A stretch of 64,000 nucleotides of DNA from Thermodesulfobacteriota bacterium (GCA_964291405.2 OZ219926.1:576001-640000); one strand, 5' to 3'. Counted from the stretch's first letter, positions 21,068-32,867 are shown. The notes: generated by a model from the sequence alone, not told the origin. A program made the numbers and translations.

Positions 21068-21128
21068 GCTGCTCCCTCTTTCGTCCTGCATCCATGCCTA
21101 ATACGGTCCGCCACGCCAATCTATTGCG

Positions 21129-21761
21129 CTAGACTTTCGAGTATAGCTCAACAATAAGCTGTTCGTTGATAGGCAAGGTGATCTCCGACCGAGCCGGTAG
21201 GGCACGGACTTTTCCAGAAAAAGAATCCGTTTGGACCTCAAGCCATTCTGGCACTCCACGTCGCTGGGCAAGCTCGACGGATTCTTGGATACGGGTAATT
21301 TTTCGGCTCGGCTCGCGTACTTGCACCTCGTCTCCGGCCTTGACGCAGTACGATGGAATCGTCACTCTTCGTCCGTTGACGTGAAAATGGCCATGGCGTA
21401 TCAACTGGCGAGCCTCTGAGCGTGAGGTCGCGAATCCCATCCGGTATACCATATTATCGAGACGACTCTCGAGAAGAATCAAAAGATTTTCCCCGGTGAT
21501 TCCACGTTGGCGCTCGGCCCGCGCGAAAAGACGCCGGAACGGCCCCTCAAGCGTCCCATAGATACGTTTCAGCTTCTGTTTCTCTCGCAACTGAACGCTG
21601 TATTCGGTCGCCTTTCTTCCTCTCCCTTGGCCGTGCTGTCCCGGCGGATAGCTTCTTCTCTCAATTGCACATTTATCCGTGTAACACCGTTCGCCTTTCA
21701 GAAAGAGTTTCAACCCCTCTCGACGGCAGAGACGGCAGGATGGGCCTCGATAGCGTGCCAC
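21129..21761 (-). CDS. rpsD: 30S ribosomal protein S4
   Basis: GTG start [28 protein letters not shown]. Confidence 0.97.
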   Translation of the reverse strand: MARYRGPSCRLCRREGLKLFLKGERCYTDKCAIERRSYPPGQHGQGRGRKATEYSVQLREKQKLKRIYGTLEGPFRRLFARAERQRGITGENLLILLESRLDNMVYRMGFATSRSEARQLIRHGHFHVNGRRVTIPSYCVKAGDEVQVREPSRKITRIQESVELAQRRGVPEWLEVQTDSFSGKVRALPARSEITLPINEQLIVELYSKV

Positions 21762-21808
21762 AAAAACCTCCTGATCTGTATCAGCTCCCAGCTCGTACAC
21801 TCGGTCTC

Positions 21809-22207
21809 TTAGACCCTGCGACGCTTGGGCGGACGACAGCCGTTGTGAGGGATAGGCGTGACGTCCCGGATAAGACTCACCGCAAACCCGGCGGACTGCA
21901 AGGCTCGCAGAGCAGATTCTCTCCCAGCACCAGGCCCCTTTACATGCACCTGAACCGAGCGCATACCGGCATCAGCCGCTTTACGCGCCGCGCTCTCCGC
22001 CGCCATTTGGGCAGCAAACGGCGTGCCCTTCCGAGACCCCTTCAGGCCTACACTTCCCGCGCTCGCCCAGGCCACAGTATTTCCTTGCGGGTCGGCAATG
22101 GTCACGATGGTATTATTGAAGGTCGAATAGATATTCACCACGCCTTCTGGAATGTTTTTCCGAATTTTCTTCTTCCGTGAGACAGACCGCCTCGCAGCTT
22201 TTGCCAT
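21809..22207 (-). CDS. rpsK: 30S ribosomal protein S11
   Basis: [31 protein letters not shown]. Confidence 0.97.
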   Translation of the reverse strand: MAKAARRSVSRKKKIRKNIPEGVVNIYSTFNNTIVTIADPQGNTVAWASAGSVGLKGSRKGTPFAAQMAAESAARKAADAGMRSVQVHVKGPGAGRESALRALQSAGFAVSLIRDVTPIPHNGCRPPKRRRV

Positions 22208-22234
22208 ACAGTGCCCCTCTCCTCACGCCGTCCA

Positions 22235-22618
22235 CTATTTAGGAGTAGGCGCGACTTTCTTTCCGGCAACGGTCCGTCTCGGTCCCTTACGCGTCCGAGA
22301 ATTATTTTTTGTCTTTTGACCACGGACCGGCAGATTTCGGCGGTGTCGGAGGCCCCGGTAGGCCCCAATGTCAATATAATGTTTAATATGACTCGCAACA
22401 TCGCGCCTGAGGTCTCCCTCGACACGGTGGTCTTGATCGATAGCCCGCCGGATATTTACGATCTCATCATCCGCCAGCGCGTCAGAATTGGCGTCTGGGT
22501 CAACTCCCGCCTCGGCCAGAATTTTGAGGGCGGTGACCCGTCCGATCCCATAGATATAGGTGAGACCGATGCCGATTTTCTTGTTCCGGGGTAATTCGAT
22601 ACCCGCAATCCGTGCCAT
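22235..22618 (-). CDS. rpsM: 30S ribosomal protein S13
   Basis: MARIAG, YRGLRH, LPVRGQ. Confidence 0.97.
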   Translation of the reverse strand: MARIAGIELPRNKKIGIGLTYIYGIGRVTALKILAEAGVDPDANSDALADDEIVNIRRAIDQDHRVEGDLRRDVASHIKHYIDIGAYRGLRHRRNLPVRGQKTKNNSRTRKGPRRTVAGKKVAPTPK

Positions 22619-22660
22619 ACGCCTTCTCCACTCTTATTTTCGTCCGCGTAGGGAAAACAC

Positions 22661-22774
22661 CTAGCCCTGTCGCTGCTTGTGTCGCGGGTTCTCACAGATG
22701 ACCCGTACAATGCCCCTGCGTTTAATAACCTTACACTTTCGACACATTGGTTTCACAGAAGCCCGAACCTTCAT
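22661..22774 (-). CDS. rpmJ: 50S ribosomal protein L36 (Zn-binding type)
   Basis: Hand translation [37 protein letters not shown]; too short for the ORF track. Confidence 0.96.
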   Translation of the reverse strand: MKVRASVKPMCRKCKVIKRRGIVRVICENPRHKQRQG

Positions 22775-22830
22775 GCCAACCTCATTTCCATTCTTACCTA
22801 AAAACGGTTCCGTGTATGAACACTTTTCTC

Positions 22831-23598
22831 TTACATGCTACTGAGCACCACTGGTCCATCTGCCATGATCGCAACCGAATGCTCGAAGTGCGCTGAGAGA
22901 CTGCCGTCTTTTGTCACAGCAGTCCACCCGTCCTCTAGCATGGCGACCTCCGGAGCGCCTATGTTCACCATGGGCTCAATCGCGATGACCATTCCTTCGC
23001 GCAAGCGGACACCTCGGTTCCGCATGCCATAATTGGGGACAGGCGGATCTTCATGCAGCCTACGACCAACCCCATGTCCAACAAATTCTCGCACAACAGA
23101 GAAGCCATCTCGCTCGACACACTCCTGAACTGCGGCAGATATATCGCCAAGACGGTTGCCAATACAGGCGTGGCCTATTCCTGCTTCAAGGGCGACGGCA
23201 GTCGTCTCTAAAAGCTGCTGAACAGACCGGCCAACCTCTCCAACCGCAAAAGACACTGCGGCGTCACCATAAAATTCATCATACACTACACCAAAATCCA
23301 GGCTGACAATATCCCCGTCTTGAATGATCCGCTGGTGAGAGGGGATACCGTGGACGACTTCGTTATTCAAAGAGATACAAATATGGGCCGGGAACGGAAC
23401 AGAACCGTTCCGAATCGTATACCCTTTAAACGCGGTTTGAGCCTTCTTTTTTGCAATCCATTCTTCCGCAATACCATCAAGCTCTCCGGTTGAGATGCCT
23501 GGCCGAACACGCTGCCGCAGTTCGCTCAGGATTTCCGCAACAATGCGATTCGCAGTCCGCATTGTCTCTATCTCTTCAAGGGATTTCAGAAAAATCAT
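22831..23598 (-). CDS. map: Methionine aminopeptidase type I
   Basis: [26 protein letters not shown]. Confidence 0.96.
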   Translation of the reverse strand: MIFLKSLEEIETMRTANRIVAEILSELRQRVRPGISTGELDGIAEEWIAKKKAQTAFKGYTIRNGSVPFPAHICISLNNEVVHGIPSHQRIIQDGDIVSLDFGVVYDEFYGDAAVSFAVGEVGRSVQQLLETTAVALEAGIGHACIGNRLGDISAAVQECVERDGFSVVREFVGHGVGRRLHEDPPVPNYGMRNRGVRLREGMVIAIEPMVNIGAPEVAMLEDGWTAVTKDGSLSAHFEHSVAIMADGPVVLSSM

Positions 23599-23623
23599 CG
23601 GTGAGAAAATCGGACAGCGTCCT

Positions 23624-24934
23624 CTACCCTCGTCGCCCTCTGATGCGCCCGCGCTTCATGAAGCCTTCATAGTTTCTCATGATGAGCTGTGTTTCAATCT
23701 GCGCTACTGTGTCCAAAGCGACGCCGACGACAATAAGCAGCGCCGTTCCCCCAAAGAAAAATGGTACATTAAAAGACCCTACCAGAAGATTAGGCAAAAC
23801 ACAGACAATGGAGACATAAATTGCTCCCGTCAACGTTATCCGACTTAAGACCCGATCGATATAGTCCGCTGTGCGTTGCCCAGGACGGATACCAGGAATA
23901 AATCCGCCATTCTTTTTCATATTGTCGGCAACATCAGTAGGGTTGAAGACAACAGCAGTATAAAAATAACAGAAGAAGATAATCATCGCGACATAGCTGA
24001 CGTTATAGATCGACCCGCCCGGCGTCAAAACATTCGCAACGGTTTGAGCCCACGGATGGTCGGCAAAGCCGGCGATAGTCGCCGGAAAAATCAAGACTGA
24101 GGAGGCGAAAATCGGGGGAATAACTCCAGCGGTGTTCACTTTCAGTGGCAGATGAGAACTTTGCCCACCATAGACTCTTCGACCTATAACCCGCTTTGCA
24201 TACTGCACCGGAATGCGGCGCTGCCCGCGCTCCATGAAAATCACTGCGGCAACGATGGCCACCATGCCGACTAACAGGAGCAGTAATAAAAGGATGCTTA
24301 ATTCACCCTCTCGAACAAACTCCGTCGTTGCGGTCACCGCTGAGGGAATACTGGCGACAATACCAGCGAATATGATGAGAGAAATGCCATTGCCAACGCC
24401 ACGCTCGGTAATCTGTTCGCCTAACCACATAATAAAAGCAGTACCGGCGGCCAGCGTAATCATCGTCATGAGACGAAATCCCCAGCCTGGATTAAAAACA
24501 ACTAAGCTTCCGCCAGGTGCCTGAATCTGTTCGAGTCCGATGCTGATAAACAGCCCTTGGAGAAGAGCTAAACCAACAGTGCTGTAGCGGGTGTACTGGG
24601 TAATCTTACGCCGGCCTTGCTCCCCTTCTTTTGACAAGCGCTCAAGGGTTGGGACCACGACGGTCAGAAGTTGGAAGATAATGGAGGCACTAATATAGGG
24701 CATAATGCCCAGGGCAAAGATAGAGAAACGCTCAAGGGCACCACCAGAAAAGAGGTTCACTAAGCCAAAAACAGTGCTGGCCGCTTGCTCGAAGAACGCC
24801 GCAAGCGCCTCTCCATCAATACCTGGAGTTGGTATCGCTACGCCGATTCGGTAGACGGCGAGCAAGGCAAAGGTAAAGAGGAGCCGGCGGCGCAGGTCTG
24901 ATATCTTTGTCGCGTTTTGTAAGCCTTCGAACAT
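23624..24934 (-). CDS. secY: Preprotein translocase subunit SecY
   Basis: LGIMPYISASII, GVGNGISLIIF, IPGIRPG, GGTALLIVVGV. Confidence 0.97.
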   Translation of the reverse strand: MFEGLQNATKISDLRRRLLFTFALLAVYRIGVAIPTPGIDGEALAAFFEQAASTVFGLVNLFSGGALERFSIFALGIMPYISASIIFQLLTVVVPTLERLSKEGEQGRRKITQYTRYSTVGLALLQGLFISIGLEQIQAPGGSLVVFNPGWGFRLMTMITLAAGTAFIMWLGEQITERGVGNGISLIIFAGIVASIPSAVTATTEFVREGELSILLLLLLLVGMVAIVAAVIFMERGQRRIPVQYAKRVIGRRVYGGQSSHLPLKVNTAGVIPPIFASSVLIFPATIAGFADHPWAQTVANVLTPGGSIYNVSYVAMIIFFCYFYTAVVFNPTDVADNMKKNGGFIPGIRPGQRTADYIDRVLSRITLTGAIYVSIVCVLPNLLVGSFNVPFFFGGTALLIVVGVALDTVAQIETQLIMRNYEGFMKRGRIRGRRG

Positions 24935-24936
24935 GA

Positions 24937-25377
24937 CTACCCGACCTCGGCTGTCCCCCCCAGCGCAGTAATCTTTTCACGCGCTTGCGCACTAAAGGCA
25001 TGGGCTCTTACAGTCAGGGCCTTTGTCAGTTCCCCCTTTGCCAATATTTTGACTTTACACTTACGACCACTCACGAGACCAGACTGGCGAAACACATCAA
25101 GGTCAACGACGCTACCGACCTCAAAGCGCTCCAGACTTCCAATGTTAATAATGGTGTATTCTTGTCGAAATGGATTGTGAAATCCTCGTTTGGGCAGCCT
25201 GCGGGAGAGCGGCATTTGTCCACCTTCATAGCCAGGTGGAATATTGCCACCGGAGCGCGCGCCGCTTCCTTTATGCCCGCGACCTGCTGTTTTGCCGAGT
25301 CCAGAGCCTGGACCGCGGCCGACCCGCTTTCGTTTTTTCATCGACCCGGGGGCGGGCCGTAAGTGACTAAGATCCAT
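24937..25377 (-). CDS. rplO: 50S ribosomal protein L15
   Basis: [23 protein letters not shown]. Confidence 0.97.
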   Translation of the reverse strand: MDLSHLRPAPGSMKKRKRVGRGPGSGLGKTAGRGHKGSGARSGGNIPPGYEGGQMPLSRRLPKRGFHNPFRQEYTIINIGSLERFEVGSVVDLDVFRQSGLVSGRKCKVKILAKGELTKALTVRAHAFSAQAREKITALGGTAEVG

Positions 25378-25570
25378 TCTCACGCACCTCGATAAGATGA
25401 GATACTCGATTCACCATCCCTTGGAGTGAGGGCGAATCGTTTCGCAGCACGGTCTTCCCAACGCGGGAGAGGCCAAGGCCACGTAAGGTCTCGCGCTGGC
25501 GCCGCGTGCCCCCAATGGCACTTCGCTTCAAGGTGATGGCTAAGACCTGCCCTTTTCCTGCGTCGGCCAT
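25367..25570 (-). CDS. rpmD: 50S ribosomal protein L30
   Basis: ITLKRSAIG, TLRGLGL, GMVNRVSHL; position in the spc operon. Confidence 0.93.
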   Translation of the reverse strand: MADAGKGQVLAITLKRSAIGGTRRQRETLRGLGLSRVGKTVLRNDSPSLQGMVNRVSHLIEVRENGS

Positions 25571-25573
25571 GCC

Positions 25574-26092
25574 TTATCCTTTCATACTCAGCGCGGGTTT
25601 CCCCCTCCGCTCGGCAACCTGCTCCGGACCGTCCAGACTCTCCAGGGCAGCCAGTGTCGCCTTTACAGAGTTATGCGGATTCGTCGATCCGAGACATTTT
25701 GTGAGTGCGTTCCGTACGCCAGCCAATTCCATAACGATACGCACACCGCCACCCGCTATGAGGCCGGTACCGGCTGCGGCGGGTTTGAGCAACACCTTGC
25801 CCGCACCGTGCCGACCAATAACCGCGTAGGGTAACGTATCTTCGACGAGCGGAACGCGAATCAAAGACTTCTTCGCGTGCTCAACGCCTTTCCGGATGGC
25901 TTCTGGAACTTCGTGGGCCTTCCCCAAGCCGTAGCCAACATGTCCCGCACCATCCCCAGCCACAACAACAGCGCTAAAACTGAAACGGCGTCCACCCTTG
26001 ACCACTTTACTCACACGATTAATATGAACGACCTTCTCTTGAATATCGAGTTCGTCAGGATTAATCCGATCATCGTCAGTCGCCACAGGCAT
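25574..26092 (-). CDS. rpsE: 30S ribosomal protein S5
   Basis: [18 protein letters not shown]; the start may instead be GTG 26086. Confidence 0.97.
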   Translation of the reverse strand: MPVATDDDRINPDELDIQEKVVHINRVSKVVKGGRRFSFSAVVVAGDGAGHVGYGLGKAHEVPEAIRKGVEHAKKSLIRVPLVEDTLPYAVIGRHGAGKVLLKPAAAGTGLIAGGGVRIVMELAGVRNALTKCLGSTNPHNSVKATLAALESLDGPEQVAERRGKPALSMKG

Positions 26093-26097
26093 ACTCC

Positions 26098-26469
26098 CTA
26101 GAGTTGTAGGCCAGCCTCGCGCGCCGCATCAGCGACCGCGCGGACCTGTCCATGAAAGAGGAATCCGTTCCGATCAAAAACGACGGTCTGTATCCCCTGC
26201 TCTTGACACTTTTTCGCAATGAGCTGCCCCACTTCTTTTGCCGCAGAGATCGTCGCCGCTTTTTGCTGCATCCGTTCCTTGAGGTCTGCCGAAAGGGTTG
26301 AGACGGACGCTAGAGACTGACCACTCTCATCAGAGATTACTTGGGCATAGAGATGCTTATTGCTGCGGTAGATGCATAAGCGCGGCCGGCTGTCCGTCCC
26401 ACGCACTTTCCGTCTGATCCGCTTTCGACGGAGCAGGCGGCTCCGTTCACGAGGGTTCGTCCCGACCAT
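26098..26469 (-). CDS. rplR: 50S ribosomal protein L18
   Basis: RPRL, VFDRNG..FHG, AREAGL. Confidence 0.97.
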   Translation of the reverse strand: MVGTNPRERSRLLRRKRIRRKVRGTDSRPRLCIYRSNKHLYAQVISDESGQSLASVSTLSADLKERMQQKAATISAAKEVGQLIAKKCQEQGIQTVVFDRNGFLFHGQVRAVADAAREAGLQL

Positions 26470-26471
26470 TC

Positions 26472-27017
26472 CTATCCTCCAGCAACAGCGGTCTTTCCAG
26501 CTTTTCTCCGCACGCGCTCATCTATGTATTTAATCCCTTTTCCCTTATAGGGCTCAGGTGGCCGGAGCCGACGGATTGATGCCGCAACTTCTCCAACAAG
26601 TTGTTTATCAACACCCTCAATTGTAATCTGCGTCTGGCGATCAACCTTGGCATTGACCCCCGTGGGCATTTGGAAAAAAATAGGGTGAGAAAATCCGAGG
26701 TTCAATTGGAGTATATCCTTCACCGCGTCGGCCCGATATCCAACTCCATTAATTTCCAGTACCTTTGAAAATCCAGCCGAGACCCCTTGAACCGCATTGG
26801 CGACAAGCTTTCGAGTGAGCCCTTGCCGTGCTTTAGAGCGGCGAGAATCATCCGCCCGTATCAACAGCACACTGGATGTCGTAATTTCGACCGAGAGGGC
26901 GGCGTCAACCGGCACGTGCAGGACTCCCTTTGGCCCTTCAGCCGTCAGCGTTCCCTGGTCGTATGAAACTTTTACCGCATCCGGCAGCAGGACCGGCTTG
27001 TGCCCAACACCAGCCAT
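26472..27017 (-). CDS. rplF: 50S ribosomal protein L6
   Basis: GVGYRA, LGFSHP, RPPEPYKGKGI. Confidence 0.97.
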   Translation of the reverse strand: MAGVGHKPVLLPDAVKVSYDQGTLTAEGPKGVLHVPVDAALSVEITTSSVLLIRADDSRRSKARQGLTRKLVANAVQGVSAGFSKVLEINGVGYRADAVKDILQLNLGFSHPIFFQMPTGVNAKVDRQTQITIEGVDKQLVGEVAASIRRLRPPEPYKGKGIKYIDERVRRKAGKTAVAGG

Positions 27018-27039
27018 ACGTTATTGCCCTCTTTCTCCT

Positions 27040-27435
27040 TTACCACGCACTACACAGAACTTCCCCACCTACGTGAAGCGTGCGGGCGTCCCGGTCAACG
27101 ATAACCCCACGAGAGGTCGATAGAATATTCACTCCAAGTCCGTTTCGCACGGCTGGAATCGCATCCGCCCGTACATAGGTTCGTAGGCTCGGCCTACTCA
27201 CGCGCTGCACCCCGTGGAGTGCGGGGCGTCCCGCGTCATCATACTTGAGCTCAATGATGAGACAGGGAAATCCGTTATCCTCAACGTTACGATAATTTTG
27301 GATGAAGCCCTCACTGACAAGGATTTGAACAATGGCTTCCTTGATACGGGAGCGCGGCACCGAGACGGTCTTTTTCCGCGCCCGTAACGCGTTGCGGATA
27401 CATGTCAACAAATCGGCAATAGGGTCAGTCTGCAT
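27040..27435 (-). CDS. rpsH: 30S ribosomal protein S8
   Basis: MQTDPIAD..IRNA, SRP.LR.Y, GGEV. Confidence 0.97.
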   Translation of the reverse strand: MQTDPIADLLTCIRNALRARKKTVSVPRSRIKEAIVQILVSEGFIQNYRNVEDNGFPCLIIELKYDDAGRPALHGVQRVSRPSLRTYVRADAIPAVRNGLGVNILSTSRGVIVDRDARTLHVGGEVLCSAW

Positions 27436-27446
27436 AATCCTCTCCC

Positions 27447-27632
27447 CTACCAACTTGCCTTGGTCATGCCAGGAATTTGGCCCTTCAGCGCATAGGTCCG
27501 CAAGCAGATACGACACATACGGAATCGACGATAGAAACCACGAGAGCGACCACATAGTGGACAGCGATTATATTCCCGAACGCGAAACTTCGGCTTCCGT
27601 TGTGCCTTTACGCGCAAACATGTTCGTGCCAT
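27447..27632 (-). CDS. rpsN: 30S ribosomal protein S14 type Z
   Basis: RCPLCGR...CRIC, 61 aa, KASW end. Confidence 0.96.
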   Translation of the reverse strand: MARTCLRVKAQRKPKFRVREYNRCPLCGRSRGFYRRFRMCRICLRTYALKGQIPGMTKASW

Positions 27633-27637
27633 AGCTC

Positions 27638-28177
27638 TTAACTCCGAAAAGGCATGCCAAGGGCCCGTAGTAACGCACGCCCCTCTATATCTGTTTTTGC
27701 CGTCGTTACCATAGAGACGGTAAATCCTTTTATTTGATCAACCCTATCCAAATTTATTTCAGGGAAAATGGTATGCTCCCGAATCCCGAGAGAATAATTC
27801 CCGCGACCGTCAAAAGAACTATCGGATATGCCTCGAAAGTCTCTCACGCGGGGAAGCGCGACACTGACTAGGCGGTCAAAAAACTCATACATGCGCTCCC
27901 CGCGTAACGTGACTGCACAACCGATCGTCATGCCTTCCCGCAGTTTAAAATTCGCAATCGATTTGTGAGCCCGAGTAACCACCGGCTTCTGTCCCACAAT
28001 CAGTCCAATTTCCTCGACACTACTTTCGAGCAATTTGGCGTTTGTGGCTCCTTCTCCCAGCCCCATGTTAATAACAATCTTTGACAGACGAGGGACCTGC
28101 ATCACGTTGGCACACCCCAACTCTTGCTTCAGAGCGGGAAGTATTTGTCTATAGTAGAGGTCTTTAATACGAGCCAT
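27638..28177 (-). CDS. rplE: 50S ribosomal protein L5
   Basis: [22 protein letters not shown]. Confidence 0.97.
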   Translation of the reverse strand: MARIKDLYYRQILPALKQELGCANVMQVPRLSKIVINMGLGEGATNAKLLESSVEEIGLIVGQKPVVTRAHKSIANFKLREGMTIGCAVTLRGERMYEFFDRLVSVALPRVRDFRGISDSSFDGRGNYSLGIREHTIFPEINLDRVDQIKGFTVSMVTTAKTDIEGRALLRALGMPFRS

Positions 28178-28182
28178 AACTA

Positions 28183-28497
28183 TTAGTCCAACACATTCCC
28201 GGTTCGCCGACTCACCCGCATCTTCCGTCCATCAACGACCCTGAACCCGACCCGAGTCGGGCGCCCATCTTGAGGGTCGACCAGCATCAAATTTGAGAGA
28301 TGAATGGAGGCCTCTTTTTCTAATATCCCGCCAGAGTCTTGTGGCCCACGCGGCTTGACGTGGCGCTTGACCATATTGAGGCGCTCAACAACGGCTCGGT
28401 CCTGTTGCGGCTGTACCCGGATGACCTTTCCGATTTTTCCTCGCTCTTTTCCAGCGATAATCATCACAGAATCATTTTTTTTAATGCGTGCAGCCAT
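28183..28497 (-). CDS. rplX: 50S ribosomal protein L24
   Basis: IKK.D.V.IIAGK..GK KOW motif, EA.IH.SN. Confidence 0.96.
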   Translation of the reverse strand: MAARIKKNDSVMIIAGKERGKIGKVIRVQPQQDRAVVERLNMVKRHVKPRGPQDSGGILEKEASIHLSNLMLVDPQDGRPTRVGFRVVDGRKMRVSRRTGNVLD

Positions 28498-28505
28498 GGC
28501 CTGTC

Positions 28506-28874
28506 CTATAGCACCTCTGGGGCGAGGGAAATGATTTTCATAAAACGCTTCGCCCGTAGCTCACGCGCCACGGGTCCGAAAATACGTGTTCCAAGCGGCT
28601 CACGCTGGTTATCGAGCAGCACGGCGGAATTAGTATCAAAACGGATATACGAGCCATCCGGACGGCCGAGTTCCTTGGCCGTCCGGACAACGACGGCGCG
28701 CATCACATCACCTTTTTTCACTTTCGCATTGGGAATGGCTTCCCGGACCGAAACAACAACTTCATCACCAACCGACGCATATCTCCGGCGTGTCCCACCC
28801 AGGACACGAATACACCGGACGCGTCGTGCCCCCGAGTTATCGGCAACGTCAAGCACGGATTCCACCTGAATCAT
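28506..28874 (-). CDS. rplN: 50S ribosomal protein L14
   Basis: MIQ...[17 protein letters not shown]. Confidence 0.97.
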   Translation of the reverse strand: MIQVESVLDVADNSGARRVRCIRVLGGTRRRYASVGDEVVVSVREAIPNAKVKKGDVMRAVVVRTAKELGRPDGSYIRFDTNSAVLLDNQREPLGTRIFGPVARELRAKRFMKIISLAPEVL

Positions 28875-28886
28875 ACGCCCACCTCT

Positions 28887-29153
28887 TTACTGTACCGTCC
28901 CCGATGTCTCCGACTTCAATACCGCTCGTACGCGCCAGCGTTTATCTCGGCTGAGGGGTCTCGTTTCCGTAATGGTGACAAGATCTCCGGTCCGGCATGC
29001 GTTGGCAGGGTCGTGCGCCTTATATTTTTTCCGTTGGCGAATATACTTCTTGTACATCGGATGACGGACAAGCCGCTCAACTTGGACCGTGACAGTTTTA
29101 TCCATCTTATCACTGACGACGATCCCTTGTCTGACTTTCCGGTTTCCAGGCAC
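28887..29153 (-). CDS. rpsQ: 30S ribosomal protein S17
   Basis: [20 protein letters not shown]. Confidence 0.97.
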   Translation of the reverse strand: MPGNRKVRQGIVVSDKMDKTVTVQVERLVRHPMYKKYIRQRKKYKAHDPANACRTGDLVTITETRPLSRDKRWRVRAVLKSETSGTVQ

Positions 29154-29155
29154 AC

Positions 29156-29365
29156 CTAGCTCCGTTCTTTACTCGCGGTGCGAATACGTTCGTGTTGTAT
29201 GGTCTTTACCCGAGCAATATCTCGACGAATTTTTCGGATCCGCATAGCATCTTCAATTTGCCCCGTCCCTCTCCTCAAACGGAGACGAAAGAGTTCTTCA
29301 CTCAGCTCTTGCGCTTTTCCCTGCATTTCTTCGTCGGTTAACTCTCGGACTTCACGCGCCCGCAT
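29156..29365 (-). CDS. rpmC: 50S ribosomal protein L29
   Basis: [15 protein letters not shown]; S10 operon position. Confidence 0.95.
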   Translation of the reverse strand: MRAREVRELTDEEMQGKAQELSEELFRLRLRRGTGQIEDAMRIRKIRRDIARVKTIQHERIRTASKERS

Positions 29366-29780
29366 ATGTCGCTCCTAGTCGCTCTCGTATCTGCGTACTG
29401 ACGGGCAGTTTATTGGCAGCAAGCCGCAACGCCTCACGGGCGGTCTCGCGAGGGACTCCTTCGATTTCGAAGAGCATCCGTCCCGGCTTGACAACAGCAA
29501 CCCAAAATTCGGGCGATGCCTTGCCCTTTCCCATTCGTGTTTCCGTTGGCTTTTTGGTCACTGGCTTATCGGGGAAGATACGTATCCAGATACGCCCCCC
29601 GCGGCGGACATGACGGGTCAAAGCAATCCGGGCGGCTTCTATCTGCCGGGCGGTCACCCAGCCACGTTCAGTCGTTTGCAAGCCATAGTCACCAAACGAG
29701 AGTGTGGCTCCACGGTGGGCGTTACCGTATATGCGTCTCCGCTGCTGTTTTCGGAACTTCGTTTTCCTGGGCGAGAGCAT
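29352..29780 (-). CDS. rplP: 50S ribosomal protein L16
   Basis: [20 protein letters not shown]. Confidence 0.97.
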   Translation of the reverse strand: MLSPRKTKFRKQQRRRIYGNAHRGATLSFGDYGLQTTERGWVTARQIEAARIALTRHVRRGGRIWIRIFPDKPVTKKPTETRMGKGKASPEFWVAVVKPGRMLFEIEGVPRETAREALRLAANKLPVSTQIRERLGATYAGA

Positions 29781-29792
29781 ATCTGGCGTCCT

Positions 29793-30455
29793 TTACGCAC
29801 TCACGGTTGAGCGATGTTGCTCTTCTTCTTTCGTGAGGACTTCGCCTCGGAAGATCCATACCTTCACCCCAATCACACCATATGTGGTTCGGGCTTCTGC
29901 CACACCATAGCTAATATCGGCCCGCAAGGTATGCAGTGGAACCCGTCCTTCTCGGTACCACTCGGTACGGGCGATCTCCGCTCCACCGAGCCTCCCTGAA
30001 CAACGCACTTTCACTCCTTGTGCTCCCATGCGAATGGCGCGTGTCACACTCTCCTTCATGGCACGCCGAAAGGCTACCCGTCGCTCAAGCTGAAGAGCGA
30101 CGTTTTCAGAGACGAGTTGCGCGTCCAGGTCGGGACGTCGTACTTCGTGTATATTCAGATAGACTTCTCTATCGGTCTGCTGGGCGAGTTCGGTTTTCAG
30201 CTTTTCTATCTCCACTCCCTTTTTCCCAATCACAATGCCGGGGCGGGCGGTATAGATATTGATTTTTGCCTTGTTCGCAGCGCGCTCGACTTCAATTTTC
30301 GCAATCCCGGCATGATAGAGACGCTTCTTAATGAACTCTCGGATACGAATGTCATCGTGCAGCAACGTGGCATACTCTCTCTCTGCAAACCAGCGAGACT
30401 CCCACCCTTCAAGCACGCCAACCCGGAACCCCTTCGGATGTACTTTCTGACCCAT
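29793..30455 (-). CDS. rpsC: 30S ribosomal protein S3
   Basis: [25 protein letters not shown]. Confidence 0.97.
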   Translation of the reverse strand: MGQKVHPKGFRVGVLEGWESRWFAEREYATLLHDDIRIREFIKKRLYHAGIAKIEVERAANKAKINIYTARPGIVIGKKGVEIEKLKTELAQQTDREVYLNIHEVRRPDLDAQLVSENVALQLERRVAFRRAMKESVTRAIRMGAQGVKVRCSGRLGGAEIARTEWYREGRVPLHTLRADISYGVAEARTTYGVIGVKVWIFRGEVLTKEEEQHRSTVSA

Positions 30456-30471
30456 CCTATTCTTCTTTCCT

Positions 30472-30804
30472 CTATTTCTCGTCGACAATAATCGTAAAAT
30501 GACTCGTACGCTTCCGAATCGGCGTTGCGCGTCCGTGCGCGCGGGGAGTAAAGCGCCGAAAAGTCGCTCCCCCGTTTACGGTGGCCTGTTTCACATACAA
30601 TGTATCAGGATCGACATTCTGCGTATCTGTAGCATTGGCAATGGCAGCCTGAAGAGTTTTTGTAAAAACACGCGCCGCCTTCTTCTGGGAAAAACGCAGG
30701 ACCATAAGCGCTTCTTCGACCTGTTTGCCACGGATGAGATCCGCCACTAGACGGGCTTTCCGCGGCGCCATTCGCACATGGCGAGTGATTGAGCGAACCT
30801 CCAT
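30472..30804 (-). CDS. rplV: 50S ribosomal protein L22
   Basis: [25 protein letters not shown]. Confidence 0.97.
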   Translation of the reverse strand: MEVRSITRHVRMAPRKARLVADLIRGKQVEEALMVLRFSQKKAARVFTKTLQAAIANATDTQNVDPDTLYVKQATVNGGATFRRFTPRAHGRATPIRKRTSHFTIIVDEK

Positions 30805-30816
30805 AGCTGCTACCTT

Positions 30817-31101
30817 CTATCTCCTTTTCACGTCACCCTTCTTATCTCCGGCATGGCCATAGAATGTCCGCGTTGGAGAAAATTCACCGAGTTTATGACC
30901 GACCATATTTTCAGTCACATAGACGGGGATGAATTTCCTTCCATTGTGCACGGCAAATGTCAATCCAATCATTTCAGGGATAATCGTGGACCGGCGGGAC
31001 CAGGTTTTAATCACCTTTTTATCACCGCTTTGCACGGCCGTATCGACCTTCTTCAACAAGTGGTCGTCAATGAATGGACCTTTTTTGACTGAGCGGGGCA
31101 T
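30817..31101 (-). CDS. rpsS: 30S ribosomal protein S19
   Basis: [19 protein letters not shown]. Confidence 0.97.
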   Translation of the reverse strand: MPRSVKKGPFIDDHLLKKVDTAVQSGDKKVIKTWSRRSTIIPEMIGLTFAVHNGRKFIPVYVTENMVGHKLGEFSPTRTFYGHAGDKKGDVKRR

Positions 31102-31102
31102 C

Positions 31103-31930
31103 TTATTTCTTTCTCTTTTGGACAATATATTTATCTGACTTTGAGCGCCGTCTAGTCTTATACCCCTTGGCTAGCACCCCCCAGGGACTCATGGGATGAT
31201 TCCCTTTACTTCTTCCTTCACCTCCCCCAAGTGGGTGGTCTACCGGATTCATGGCAATGCCTCGCACGCGCGGCCGACGGCCAAACCACCGACTCCGACC
31301 CGCCTTCCCATACGAGACGTTCTCATGATCGAGGTTGCCGACCTGACCGATAGTAGCTTTACAGTTTTGATGCACCAGCCGCATTTCTCCCGAAGGGAGC
31401 TTCACGGTTGCGTACACGCCTTCTCTCGCCATCAGCTGCGCAGCGGTCCCGGCACTTCTGACAATCTGAGCCCCTTTGCCTATCTTCAGCTCTATGTTGT
31501 GGATAATCGTACCAACCGGAATACACCGCAACGGTAAACAATTGCCGGGACGAATATCTGCTGATTCTCCCGACATGACAACATGACCAACATTCAGGCC
31601 AGCAGGGGCGAGGATGTAGCGTTTCTCTCCATCCCGATAATGGAGTTGGGCAATATGGGCAGAGCGGTTTGGATCATATTCTATAGCAGCAACCTTCGCC
31701 TCAATACCGTCCTTGCCGCGGCGGAAGTCTATCAAACGATACCGTCGTTTATGGCCACCGCCCCGGTGAAGGACAGTGAGTCGCCCTCTATTATTCCGCC
31801 CACCATGCTTATGGAGGGGTGCCAGCAAGGACCGCTCCGGCCCTTCTTTTGTCTTCGCTATCTCACTGAAGCCAGAGACACTTTGGAAGCGCCTCCCAGC
31901 AGACGTTGGTTTGTACTGTCGGACAGCCAC
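31103..31930 (-). CDS. rplB: 50S ribosomal protein L2
   Basis: [21 protein letters not shown]. Confidence 0.97.
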   Translation of the reverse strand: MAVRQYKPTSAGRRFQSVSGFSEIAKTKEGPERSLLAPLHKHGGRNNRGRLTVLHRGGGHKRRYRLIDFRRGKDGIEAKVAAIEYDPNRSAHIAQLHYRDGEKRYILAPAGLNVGHVVMSGESADIRPGNCLPLRCIPVGTIIHNIELKIGKGAQIVRSAGTAAQLMAREGVYATVKLPSGEMRLVHQNCKATIGQVGNLDHENVSYGKAGRSRWFGRRPRVRGIAMNPVDHPLGGGEGRSKGNHPMSPWGVLAKGYKTRRRSKSDKYIVQKRKK

Positions 31931-31933
31931 GAG

Positions 31934-32221
31934 TTATGCCCCTTCAAAGAAGTCTATACGGTCGCCATCACGTAAGGTGACATAGGCCTTCTTCCAGGCT
32001 GCTTTTCTACCCTGCGACCGACCAACGCGCCGATGTTTGCCGATATATTGAATAGTCCGCACTTGCTTAACTTTCACATCAAAAAGCGTCTCAACTGCGT
32101 TTTTAATACTTACCTTATTGGCCTGCGGGTGTACACGAAAGACGACCTGATTGCCAACCTCACTTGCCAAGGTTGATTTCTCAGTGATCAATGGCGCGAC
32201 AAGGACAGAATAGACATCCAT
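31934..32221 (-). CDS. rplW: 50S ribosomal protein L23
   Basis: P.ITEKS, WKKAYVTL. Confidence 0.96.
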   Translation of the reverse strand: MDVYSVLVAPLITEKSTLASEVGNQVVFRVHPQANKVSIKNAVETLFDVKVKQVRTIQYIGKHRRVGRSQGRKAAWKKAYVTLRDGDRIDFFEGA

Positions 32222-32222
32222 A

Positions 32223-32864
32223 TTACTCCCCACCTAGTCGCTCACTGATCTGTTGCATCGCCGCTTGTGTCACTAATATCTTTCGGTAGCGAAGCAGGTC
32301 ATATACATTCAGCCCTTGACTCAGTAGGACTTTTACCCCAGGCAAATTACGCGCGGATTTCTGGACGTTTACGTCTGCATCCGCCAAGACAAGCAAAACG
32401 CTATCGCCCATCTCAAGTTGTGCGAGCAGGGTGACCATCTGCTTTGTTTTTGGCTCATCAAACTGAAGGGCGTCGATGACAACCACCTCGTCTTGGCGCA
32501 GTTTCTGCGCGAGGGCGGCACGCAGGGCAGTCTTCCGGGCCGATCGCGGCATACGGTAGGCATACGAACGTGGCTGGGGGCCAAACACGGTTGCACCACC
32601 GACCCACACCGGAGATCGGTTACTACCTGCCCGCGCCCGTCCCGTTCCTTTTTGTCGCCACGGTTTTCTTCCTCCACCACGCACATGCGCCCGCGTCTTT
32701 GTTGCCGCCGTCCCAGAGCGACGATTGGCCAACTGCATTCTCACCGTTTCGAACAAGAGGTGCTCCCGCTGTGGCTGCTCAGAGATCACAGCGGGAAGAG
32801 AAATCTCTCCAACCTTCTCGCGTTGATCAGAGAGAACGCTAATAGACGTTTCCTGGGCTGCCAT
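32223..32864 (-). CDS. rplD: 50S ribosomal protein L4
   Basis: KPWRQKGTGRARAGS. Confidence 0.97.
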   Translation of the reverse strand: MAAQETSISVLSDQREKVGEISLPAVISEQPQREHLLFETVRMQLANRRSGTAATKTRAHVRGGGRKPWRQKGTGRARAGSNRSPVWVGGATVFGPQPRSYAYRMPRSARKTALRAALAQKLRQDEVVVIDALQFDEPKTKQMVTLLAQLEMGDSVLLVLADADVNVQKSARNLPGVKVLLSQGLNVYDLLRYRKILVTQAAMQQISERLGGE

Positions 32865-32867
32865 TGG

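Noticed and set aside
31220-31260. L2 DHPLGGG instead of DHPHGGG
   Set aside because: Leu or Met at this position occurs in many bacteria, and the first His is retained.
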